Virus record (IMG/VR): IMGVR_UViG_3300043173_000393
Coordinates: 1 to 25,036 of that record
From: a virus
Taxonomy: Duplodnaviria > Caudoviricetes
DNA length: 25,036 nucleotides
Direction: 5' to 3' (one strand)
Position numbers and translations under genes: made by a program. Below the pieces are notes generated by a model, which had not been told where the DNA came from, made no database searches, and was given only the letters and a program-made list of their open reading frames with translations. Position 1 is the first letter of the stretch; every line of letters starts with the position of its first letter. Shown here in pieces: positions 1 through 9,800 of this stretch.

Positions 1-32
1 TTTGTTGAAGGGATAAGAAATTCAGTGCTCAT
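1..32 (-). CDS. Partial CDS (N-terminus MSTEFLIPST...), continues beyond the left edge; probably the next fibre-cluster gene
   Basis: ATG at 32-30 overlaps the TGA of the 387-aa gene (ATGA coupling); GAGGG lies ~8 nt upstream; the frame is open to the window edge. Confidence 0.5.
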   Translation of the reverse strand, partial: MSTEFLIPST

Positions 33-1192
33 GTGACAGCCCTCAACGCGAGATTAGTGAAGTAGTATCGCAGTGTTTTGATACCCGTTATTGTCGTTAT
101 ACCTGCCCAAAATGACATCAGGAATGTCGCCGCAGGTAGCTCCGTTGTGAACGTCGTGCTCGCCTCCACTACTTTGGTAGCGCTCAACAAGCTAACGGTG
201 ACTGATGTCCCACTTGTCGCATCGACAACCACATAGTGCGCTAACGTGTCAGCTACTACACCAGAGTCCACGAGTGTCTGTGTCGTACCATCATTGGCAA
301 CGAATTGGAAGTTGGTATCAGGTCGATCGCTTGAGTACACAACACCAACGCCTTCGGTGTTACCGTCCATGACGTTGTCGTCAGTTGCGATACCCGCTTC
401 TGGAAAGAGTCCTGCGAAGAAACGAACACTCGTTGTTCCGAGAAGCTTAAACTTCGTTACGAGCATGGGTTTCTGGTCGAGACGAATACCGTCTTCATCT
501 GCTGTGATGATTACGTCATTACCAGCTATTGCACTTGTATCTACGTCAACGGAGATTCCATCAGCATCAGCAACAAAAGAAGTGGCATTAGAAGCCACTA
601 CGACTTTCTTCCCAATCCCATCGCCGTCGATTTTGACCTTACTATCCATCTGCGCAGACACCATGCCCAGCTGGTTCGTTATATCGAATGAATGCTTGTG
701 TAATGCAGAGGCATCGCTCCCGTCAGTGAGTGTCTCTGCTTCTGCAGCACTAATGTCAGTGCCTCCGTCTGCGGCCACTGACTCAGAGAATGTCACACCG
801 TGGGGGTTACTCCCTACTGGACCACCGACGTGGGCCTGGATGTTGACGTTTGCAACTTCTGCACCGGCCTGTGCTGCTGTCACACTGTGAGGGTTATCAG
901 CAGCAAGGGAGTCGTGCCTTGCCTCAGTCAGATACTGCGCATGATCGTCATCACTGAGTCCAGTGAGCGCACCATGATCGTTATTGATACCAGGGACCAG
1001 TCCTGTCCATACTGGCGTGATTGCGGAGAGGTAGTACAGCGCACCAGTGTCTTCTTGGAACGCTAGCTTGTTAATGTCTACTGCAGTGTAGACCGTTGCA
1101 TCTGCGGCTCGCGCAGCTGCGTCTGCAAACACTTGGCGGAAGGGAGTATGTACTTCTACGCCAATTTGATTACTGTGTAAGCCTGTGCTCAT
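29..1192 (-). CDS. Putative tail/virion fibre protein with a His-motif shaft and C-terminal beta-sandwich (387 aa)
   Basis: TAATG coupling to the upstream gene. Motifs DHGALTGLSDDDHAQYL, NPHSVT/NPHGVT and LTDGSDASALHKH are typical of phage fibre shafts. The C-terminus is beta-rich and lectin-like (FFAGL...GVGVVYS...NFQFV...DSGV). Confidence 0.7.
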   Translation of the reverse strand: MSTGLHSNQIGVEVHTPFRQVFADAAARAADATVYTAVDINKLAFQEDTGALYYLSAITPVWTGLVPGINNDHGALTGLSDDDHAQYLTEARHDSLAADNPHSVTAAQAGAEVANVNIQAHVGGPVGSNPHGVTFSESVAADGGTDISAAEAETLTDGSDASALHKHSFDITNQLGMVSAQMDSKVKIDGDGIGKKVVVASNATSFVADADGISVDVDTSAIAGNDVIITADEDGIRLDQKPMLVTKFKLLGTTSVRFFAGLFPEAGIATDDNVMDGNTEGVGVVYSSDRPDTNFQFVANDGTTQTLVDSGVVADTLAHYVVVDATSGTSVTVSLLSATKVVEASTTFTTELPAATFLMSFWAGITTITGIKTLRYYFTNLALRAVT

Positions 1193-1491
1193 TACTCTGC
1201 CCTTTTTATGAGTGCATCGCCTGCGGAGTCATAGATCAGTCCACCATCAATAGTGAGTAGGCCGAATCCTAACCCAATAGCAGCAGAGCCACTCACTACC
1301 CAGTTCGCTGGGGTTGTTGCGGGTAGTGCGGTAAGAATGAAGCGCCTACCATCCGTATGAAAAAAGACAGAACCCACAGGCGCATTAAGAAATGCAACCC
1401 ATGGGTCCTGTGACCCGGCAGTGAGGCCCAGTGCATCACCGAGATTGATGCCATCATCTGAGACCTCCCAACCTCTGTCGAAATTACCCAT
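1192..1491 (-). CDS. Small virion/fibre-associated protein (99 aa)
   Basis: Starts 1 nt after the upstream stop and is TAATG-coupled downstream. The motif GSQDP...APVGSVFFHTDGRRF...W resembles the N-terminus of the adjacent 375-aa protein. Confidence 0.65.
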   Translation of the reverse strand: MGNFDRGWEVSDDGINLGDALGLTAGSQDPWVAFLNAPVGSVFFHTDGRRFILTALPATTPANWVVSGSAAIGLGFGLLTIDGGLIYDSAGDALIKRAE

Positions 1492-1492
1492 C

Positions 1493-2620
1493 TTACGTCA
1501 GGGCAACAGTCCTTACTGCGCTGGTACGCACCACATGGAAGTCGGTCGAGCCAGTAGCGGCTACGTCCAGGTCCATGGTCTGAGCACCCGCAGCACCCGT
1601 GAGGCTTACTGCAACAGAGAAGCCCGCGATGTTCCCGATCTTGAGCTTCGTGTGAACCGAGAAATCAACCGTCGTCGCATCTGCACCAGCGGTTATCCCG
1701 TCATGTGCAGCTGTGATGATAGCCGATCGCATGTTTGCACCGTCGCGAGCAATGACATGCCATTCCGCGTAGATATAGTCATCTACGAGCAGAGTGTCAG
1801 GCGTTGCAGCGGTCGTTGCGAGTGCAGTGGTCTTGAAGTTAGCGTCAGCGAGAGCGACATCCAACTTCTCGACGGCGACGTTCGTGTCGTCATTCGCACC
1901 GATGAAGTTACCAGCTGAGATTTCAGCACCGATCTGTGCATCCAACTTACCGATTGCAACTTCCAGGTTGTCACCGTTAGTGACGTGGTTGTTGCTGGAG
2001 TAAGTCGGCGTTTCGGAGCCAACACCAGTCTTACCGATGAAGGTTCGAATGAAGCCAAGCTCGTCCAGATCGGACTGGTTGCTCAGTACCCAAACTGTAC
2101 CGTTGTAGGTGAAGGTCTTGCCTGCGTCAGTACCGTCCACGATGAAGAGCGTGTCACCCGCAGTTGCGAGATTGGCGCTTTCCGTAAAGGTCCACGCACC
2201 AGTACTACCTGACACGATGTAGATGTTCTCGTTGCCAGAGGTTAGATCAGTGAAGAGCAGACGGTCAGCGACGTCAATCGTGACGCCATCGACAAGGTCA
2301 GCGACGTTCGCAGCAGTCACCGCAGCCGCGATGTCCGCATACGTGGTGTTGTCACGAACGAGCGCAGGCTCACGCCATGAGGTACCCGTCGTTACGTCAT
2401 CAATCGTAGCGAGCTTTACCCACTTATCGGAGCCAGAGCCTGCTGTGTCCTTGATGTAGAGATCACCGTTGGTGTAGTCCTGTGCCAAAGAACTGACGGA
2501 TACGACATCCGCATCACCACCACCAGGAGGTCCTGCTGTAGGGATAATGTAAGTCCGACGTACATCACCACCTTCTGAGATGGCAATACCCCGGTCTAGT
2601 TCAAAGAAATCAAGAGCCAT
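1493..2620 (-). CDS. Putative tail fibre / virion structural protein (375 aa)
   Basis: GGAGG SD upstream. Contains the common phage-fibre segment SWREPALV...VDGVTIDVADRLLF...NENIYIV...GAWT, short coiled segments (LEVAIGKLD, VAVEKLD) and a C-terminal beta domain. Confidence 0.75.
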   Translation of the reverse strand: MALDFFELDRGIAISEGGDVRRTYIIPTAGPPGGGDADVVSVSSLAQDYTNGDLYIKDTAGSGSDKWVKLATIDDVTTGTSWREPALVRDNTTYADIAAAVTAANVADLVDGVTIDVADRLLFTDLTSGNENIYIVSGSTGAWTFTESANLATAGDTLFIVDGTDAGKTFTYNGTVWVLSNQSDLDELGFIRTFIGKTGVGSETPTYSSNNHVTNGDNLEVAIGKLDAQIGAEISAGNFIGANDDTNVAVEKLDVALADANFKTTALATTAATPDTLLVDDYIYAEWHVIARDGANMRSAIITAAHDGITAGADATTVDFSVHTKLKIGNIAGFSVAVSLTGAAGAQTMDLDVAATGSTDFHVVRTSAVRTVALT

Positions 2621-2636
2621 AGTATGTGGCCTCCGC

Positions 2637-3239
2637 TTAAGCTATCAGTGTGGCGAACCGCAAGACATTCACGTCGAGCGACTCAGTGTGGTTATTCGTA
2701 ACTCTCAGTCTCATCTCTCCACTCAGTATGTCCACGTCCACAGTGAAAATACGGTCGCCCATCCTACCATAAACAGCATGGGTCACAGCACTCACACGGT
2801 GGACCGCTATCACATTCACCCTCGCATAGACCGCTGCCCCCGTGGCAGTGTCTGTTGCAATGACAACCCAGTCAACTCCCTGGTCTGCACCTAGACTAAC
2901 ACTATCAGCGGTCACAGTCCCGGCAGCGTTCACCGAAGTGTTGGTCTGGAGTGCCCCTCCAGCCGGTCCAGCCGGTCCCTGCTCCCCTATTGAGACCACC
3001 TGAGTGATGTCCTCGTTCACAATGACGGTGACATTTTCCTCAGTAATCGGGACCTGAGAGACCTCAGTTAGCCGCACAAACGTCGTATTCTGTTGAACTA
3101 CAACGACCTCCTCATTGCATGTGATCTTGACAAAGGTATTACCTTCGTCAATCGCGACAAACCCTTGCGCCGGGGGAGTGATCTGGACGACCGGATTGGT
3201 CTCGTTGACCACCACTACATTGTCATTGCAGTCGCTCAT
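2637..3239 (-). CDS. Putative fibre protein: Val-rich beta N-terminus, short collagen-like GEQGPAGPAG, C-terminal beta domain (200 aa)
   Basis: ATGA overlap with the upstream gene; Gly-X-Y triplets; C-terminal domain similar to that of the 375-aa protein. Confidence 0.7.
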   Translation of the reverse strand: MSDCNDNVVVVNETNPVVQITPPAQGFVAIDEGNTFVKITCNEEVVVVQQNTTFVRLTEVSQVPITEENVTVIVNEDITQVVSIGEQGPAGPAGGALQTNTSVNAAGTVTADSVSLGADQGVDWVVIATDTATGAAVYARVNVIAVHRVSAVTHAVYGRMGDRIFTVDVDILSGEMRLRVTNNHTESLDVNVLRFATLIA

Positions 3240-3628
3240 GCTGTGACGTTCAAGCTGAATTTGATGCTGCCTTCAATCAGGCGGATGACCTTACCACCGG
3301 GCTCTATGATTTCGAAGTCGTAGAACGCACCACCGTCGAAGTCTGCTTCGGTCAGTGCTGCTGTAGCCGTGTCATCCACGTCAAGCTGGAACTGTCCGAG
3401 CGCTTCGCTCAAGATGATTATCCCGCTCCCGATAGTCAGGTCGAGAAATACCGGTCCTGTCTTGCTACCGGTCCTGGCTTTCATCCGAGCATCGTAGCCT
3501 GTGATATCAATCGGAGGCCCAGGCGTATCCGGATCATTGTCCGGATCAGGCGCAGGGTTCAGATACTGAATGATCGGATCGAAGGTTGCGCCCTGTTCGA
3601 TATTGAATGTGTGTTTTCCTGCTGCCAT
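3236..3628 (-). CDS. Ig-like (BppU-N-like) fibre adaptor/virion protein (~130 aa)
   Basis: Motifs IEQGATF...PIDITGYDARM...YDFEI...RLIEG match a widespread phage family that precedes collagen-containing fibre genes. Start 3628 (MAAGK) is preferred to 3646 because it has GAGG ~8 nt upstream and follows the upstream stop by 1 nt. Confidence 0.7.
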   Translation of the reverse strand: MAAGKHTFNIEQGATFDPIIQYLNPAPDPDNDPDTPGPPIDITGYDARMKARTGSKTGPVFLDLTIGSGIIILSEALGQFQLDVDDTATAALTEADFDGGAFYDFEIIEPGGKVIRLIEGSIKFSLNVTA

Positions 3629-3629
3629 T

Positions 3630-3863
3630 TTATCGGCCTCGCTCATCGTTGATCATGTTGCGCATCACCATCAGTTGACTATCATGGCAACGCGCTTTGT
3701 CTTGCATGTACTCAATCTGCCACTCAGTCAGCGGTCTGTCTGATTCGAAGAACCAAGTCCTGTCTTCGCGGCCTATCACTTTTGCCTCGCCTTCTTTCTT
3801 AGGCCAAGGCATCTCTAGATACGCCGCGAGCCCCAAGTCAGTCGTTGTAAATTTATGACTCAT
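3630..3863 (-). CDS. Small hypothetical protein, DUF5659-like (77 aa)
   Basis: The N-terminal FTTTDLGLAAYL...WFFE pattern is recalled from DUF5659-type proteins. It overlaps the end of the 2150-aa gene by 11 nt and fills the gap to the next gene. Confidence 0.55.
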   Translation of the reverse strand: MSHKFTTTDLGLAAYLEMPWPKKEGEAKVIGREDRTWFFESDRPLTEWQIEYMQDKARCHDSQLMVMRNMINDERGR

Positions 3864-6800
3864 CTAACCCGTTCTCCATCCAGTGCTTCCAGGCAGCTTG
3901 GCCTGGGAGATTTCTTGTAGCGGCATTCCACTGAGCCTCGTCGTCACTTGAGAAGAGACCGCCGAGATCTGTGATCCCATCAATAGTGGGACCAGACAAG
4001 GACTCATACCCGAACCCCCCGAATTGTATATCTTGTCGGGCATCAATTAACAGCTGGCTGATCCCATTGACCCCTGACCGCTCTGCGCCTGACCATATGT
4101 AATCAAGCAACCCCCACTTGGCTTTGCGTGGGTTCCCGCCCATCCCGAACTGGACGAAGTCGCGGAGGACATCTGCCATGATCATCGCAGGGATGAATAC
4201 TGAGAGCAGTACCAAAGGTGCCATATTACCTAGCTCTGCCTCCTGGAACACACGTCTCAAGATCCGGTCATGGAACGAGAACATGAATGACTTCAGATGG
4301 AAGACCAGCGCATAGTTGGGATCGGACGCCCATATCGGACGTTGAGCCGCGTTCGGGCGTAGGATGCTCTCATCAACAAAGCGATTGAGCGCATTGCGGA
4401 CATTGTCATCCCTGGCGAGTTCTTCGCTATCAAATGAATCTCCTTCGCGCTCAAGTCGGGTGAGGATACGTATATTACCTTGCTCATCGAACTTCACATC
4501 CGCTGGATCGAGATTCAGTTGCTTGAGAAACCTCTCGCTGTTCTGGTTCGGACGTTGCACATGGCGCTTGATGAACTCCTTCCCACCAGCTAGCGCCATG
4601 AGACGGGTAACGCGTGTCCACTGTGAAAGGCCGATAGCCTTGAAGAACCATTCGTTCGTAGCCTTGAGTCGTGGCGTTAAGTACGTGCTGCCGTATTCCC
4701 ATTCCAATGCCTCGTTTGTCATGTGATCTTCAATCGTACCCATACCCTCTGCGAGCTTACGCAACTCCGAACGTGCTTTCTTCTCATCGCCTCCGACTAG
4801 GAGTTTGACCTCTGCCACAATCTCCGTAGCACCTGTGCGCAGCGCTGCCATTGTCGCGTTAAGATCTTGTGATCGTACGAGAATACCAACCGGGTCCACG
4901 AGCGATGTGAATGTCGCGAGTGGTAAGACAGCCAGATTTTGCAGAACCATTGCGATGCTAGTAAATGTACGCCAGTGGGGGTTGATAACCTCGCCTTGAC
5001 GTGTCGCGAGCCCCAAGACTTGTGCAATTCGATTGTTTGTACCTTCACCAATCACTCCTGTCATCGCATCGATGTAGCTGTGAGCCATACGCATCTCAGC
5101 AGCTGTTGCGCCCTCTGTAACAGCATTCGTCAAAGCGGCTAGTATTTTCTCGCTCCGCACACCAGCACGCTTCGTGTACTCAGTACGTTTCACACCCTGT
5201 CGGATGTACGTCATCATGACGAGATCGAGCTGATCGCTGAACAGACTGTCGAAGAACTCACGCTCCGACGCTGTCAGCTTACCGCTCTCGGTGAGGAAAC
5301 CGAGCGTTCGTTTATTCATCGCAGCGAAGAACGGAACGGTACCTGCCTGCGAAGGGTTGAGGTTCACGTCAGACAATCCTTCTGACTGTTCCAGGCCCAT
5401 CATCATGCGCTCGATCAGTTGATCTTTTGTAATCGGTACCTGTTTAGGACCAAGTTTTGCTGTACCGCCCAGGTTCTCCTCAGAAAGAGCCTTCTCTATG
5501 ATGCGCTCGTTGATCTTTTTACGGATGCCTTCCATCTCTGGATCGAAGCGCTTGTCTGCGAGGATGTTACGGAACCAGTCCGAGTTGTCCTGCACCTTGC
5601 GAGGATCGAACACCCACGGGAAGTAGTTCTTGCCCCGGTCTCCGATCTCTACGCCCCCGGCCTCCATATAGTTCCGGACACGACGGAGTAGTTTGCGGAT
5701 AGCACTCGCATGTGCGATCGCAGTGGGGTCACTTGCTTTTCCAGGGTTACGCAGAAGACGCAGCACTTCTTTCTTTAGCCCTGGTTTTTTCTGTAGCTCT
5801 GCAGTGATGCGCGTGTAGCTGTTCATGAACTTGCCGATCTCAGCAGTCCGAGCCTCGAAGAACGTCGTTGCTTGTCCCTCGCCTCCTGTACGAGCATGGA
5901 AGATCTGAGCAATCTGAATCAAAGAGGGGATGCCACTGTCCAGCATACGCGAGTCAGCGATACCAATTGCCTTATCGAAGAACGGCTTGATGTGTTCAAA
6001 CGCATCGTTAGTTGTTTGCGCCACACGCTGCAGCACATCGCCGCGCACAGCTTTGATGACAGAGAACTCACGGGTACCCGCTCTCCGCGCAGCGAATGTA
6101 CTGTCTCGGATAGCATCCAAGATCTGAGCCGCTTCCTCTGACTCATAGACAAAGCCGAGGCGTCCAGCAAGCGCATCGAACAGTCCCTGGAAGATCTGTC
6201 CGATCAAGCGTGCTGTACTCGTTGCAATAGGTGCCGCTACATCAGTGAACTCTCCTGCGCTCTCAACCTGTTCTTGTGAAGGCGTTGTGAGTTTGAACGT
6301 ACCCGCGATCCACATCTGATAGCCGAACACTGCAGCGTGCAGAGGACTGTTCTCAATCAAAGCCTGCTGTGCCGGATCGTCCAACAACCTCTTCAGTTTA
6401 GTCTTCACCGAGCGACGGTTGAAGTATTTGAATAGCGTGGCACGCTCGTCAGGCTCCATGTTGTCCTGCATCACTTCACGCACTGTGTAGTTCGTCATTG
6501 AGCTGAACGGATCGATGTTCTGGAACACTGCCGCGATACTGGTGTTATCTGTACCTACAACTTTCGCAGCTGACTGCGACAGTCCGCTGATCACAGACTC
6601 TTTCGCTCGTGCCATCTGCAACTCAGCATTGTGATTTACCAGATCGTTGAGGAACGCTTCGACAGTCGGAGCAGGACGATGGTCGAAGGTATCGATGATG
6701 AACTGATACAGCTCTTTGAACGCATCCGCTATACTCTTGAAGAACTCCTCAGTAACCGTCATGTTCTCAAGCAGCGACGGAGATGGGTTGAACCACTTCG

Positions 6801-9800
6801 CAGTGTTGTCAGCAAACCACTCCTCAAAGTCCAGTACGTAGTCGAACATGGCGTCGTCTAGCTGGTCGAGAGGTTGTCTTGAAGCAGATATCGCTTCCAG
6901 TGCAAGATTGAATGCTTGCTTGGTTGCTAATACTTCTCCTACTGGTGTGTTTGGTTGACGCAGCTGATCACTGCGCCACTGCATAAACTCTTTCCATATC
7001 TGATTCTGCACTTCGGGAGTCGCGGCAAGGAAGCGAGACTTGAACGCGATGTGCCCTACCTCATGTGCGAGCACTTCGATGATGAATTTGTCATCGTTGA
7101 GGAACGGATTGATAATGACTATATGATCGTCATCCCCGAAAAGATCTAGAGTCGCCTGTCGTACTCCTGGTGCGTTCCTGTCGATTGAAAAGGTGAATCC
7201 TCCGGCAGTTCCGTGAGCAAACTGTTCGATAACGTGTTTGATATCGAGGTCATTTACGAATTTGAAGAGGTTTTCTCCAGTCTCGATCCTAGCTCTGTCA
7301 AGATTCAGCTTCTTCGTCATCGCAGCAAAATCAACTTCCATTTTATCTTGCACTGCTTGAGTTATTCCTATCTCCGCTCCCGGCTTACGGAGGCCGCGCA
7401 TCCCACGCGTGAACATTGCGCTGAAGTCGATGTCTTTCTTCCTCTTCAGAATCAGTTCTTTTTCCGCCGCGAGATTGATCTCTGTCTCACCAGCGCTGAA
7501 CTTAGGCGCTTTGCCTCTAGGCTGGGGAGCCGGTTGCTTTCGCTCTTCTTCAAACTTTGCAATCGACTCCTTCTGTATATCAAACTTCTCCTGAACAGCC
7601 TGTGTAGCTGTGAGACTCTCGCCTTCACCAGCTTCGAGTGAACCTTCCGGTGCTGTACGTTCGCGTCGTGCCCGCGTTTCTCCTGTAGCGAAGTCATCAA
7701 GATCTCCGAGTTCGTCTCCGATATCAGACAACTCTTCTGAAGCCTGAGTATTAAACCCTTCACGATCAAGCTGGCGTCGTATCTCCTGTATCTCAATTGC
7801 GATGTCTGATAACCCTTCCGCTTCGTTACCGAGCGCAATCTCCAATTCAGATGCATCGTTCAAACGACGAGTCAGGTCTTGCACATCCCTACTTACGCTC
7901 TGACCGAAGATATTCAGCGTCTCGATTGCACTCGGGATCTTCTTAACCCGTCGCTGCAGCTTCTTAACTTGGCGTTGCATGCTCTTCTTACCAGCAGCAC
8001 CAATATTAGAACTCTGCATGTCCTTGTTGATTTTTTTGATCTTCTCCAAGAGCGCAATCTCATGCTCTTTGAAGGCAGCGATGCGAGCACGTATCCGCAT
8101 CGCGCCTTTGACCTTGACCTGTCCCCACGTAATTATTCGCCCGTTCACACCCGGCTTCTTATGGATGATGAGGCTGTCTGGTAGACCACCTTCGCTGAAG
8201 CCGATCTTCACACCACGTTGCTGCAGTGCAGTTATGCCGGTGAAGAATGCATCTGCAATCTCTTGCACAGAACCAGCCTTCTCTCCTTCACGCTTCGAAA
8301 GCATCCGATTTGTAAGTGCGATAGCATCGACAGTTTGCTCGTTGCCTTTGTTATCGACATTGAAGTCTCCGTCTTTAGATACTTCACGATCAACAAAGAT
8401 AGGACGACCACTGGGCTGAGCTACAGTCGTCTTAGCACGCTGTGTGCCTATGGGTTTCTTCGTGCGCGGATCGAGTTTGGTAACTGGGCCACCCACCTGG
8501 ACTTCTGTCTTCCGGGTGGCACCACCGAGATCACTGTCAGTCAGGCGAAACTGGTCTCGACCTGAAAGTACGACGTTCACTTCTTCCTTCTTAATCGCTT
8601 TGAACTGATTGAGGAATGCTCTCGGATCGTTCGGATCGAGCGGAGCAAACTTCGCCGCGTTGAAACCGGGTTCGGCTAATTTCTCTTGCGCAACACTACG
8701 CAGCGCTTGGTTTGCTTTGGCCTCAGTCTCTTTCGCAAGTGGAGACAACCCCTCGAAGATAGCATCCCCGAGTCCAACCACATCGAAGCTGATGTCTGGA
8801 AAGTCAGTCTCTAATCTCTTTAGCGTATTCCGCAACGCGATCTCCTGTAGCGGATTGTTCGACTCGATGAAGCCCAGCTTCTTGTTACGATTGCGGAAGA
8901 TGAATGACTTCGAGACATTCGGTGACTGGAACCCACCTGGACCACCAAACTCTTCGGGGCCGGTCTCTTGTACCTCAGACACAGGACGCTCATCAACTGC
9001 GAGGCTGATATGCTCTTCCTCTAGCTGTCCAGCTTTTTCCTGTAGTGCAGTAGCAAGTTCTTCCCGTATGGCTGGATCGATCCCTGACTCAGCGAGTATG
9101 TTTGAGAGCTGTGCAGGATTCTCTAGCCTACCAACAGCATCAACGAGCTGAGCAAACGACCGACTGGTTGGAAGCTTGCCGTCTACTCTTGCTGCTAGTA
9201 TGCGCTCGATAACACGCTCCGGTTCAGTTGCTAGCTCTGTCTCGCTAACAAGGAATCGCGAAGCGCGGATATCGACACCAACTGGTCCTAGATCATTGAG
9301 GTCTGCGTCGAGGGACGATGAAGTGCCTCCGGTCGTTTCCAACTCATCAAGGCTCTCTTCGATGTCGAGTTGGTCTTCGATGCTACCTTTCTGGAATCCT
9401 CCAGAGACTGCGCCAATCGGACCACCCAAGACAAATCCCGCAACGCTGGCGTTAAGAATCTCGGAGATACCTTCCTCACCAAGAATCTCTCGATTCTCAT
9501 TCGCAAACTTCGCGGCGGCTCTTTCAATAATCGTCTGAACACCCTCAGTTCCTCCTTCGAGTAACGCTTGACCTGCAGCCCCTTTCCCGATTCGCTTTGC
9601 CAAATCACCGCGTATTGATCGTGCGGCAGACTTCCCCAAATTGAATCTTCTAAAAATTGAGAGAACAGGGAGAGCTTCGAGGCTTCCAGCAAGGACTCCT
9701 CCCACACCTGAGATACCAGCGATCTCTCGCAGGGATAAGTTTTCTCTTGACTCTGGATCATTCGCTATGTCTCCAAAAATTGAACCCGTCTCAAGACCAA

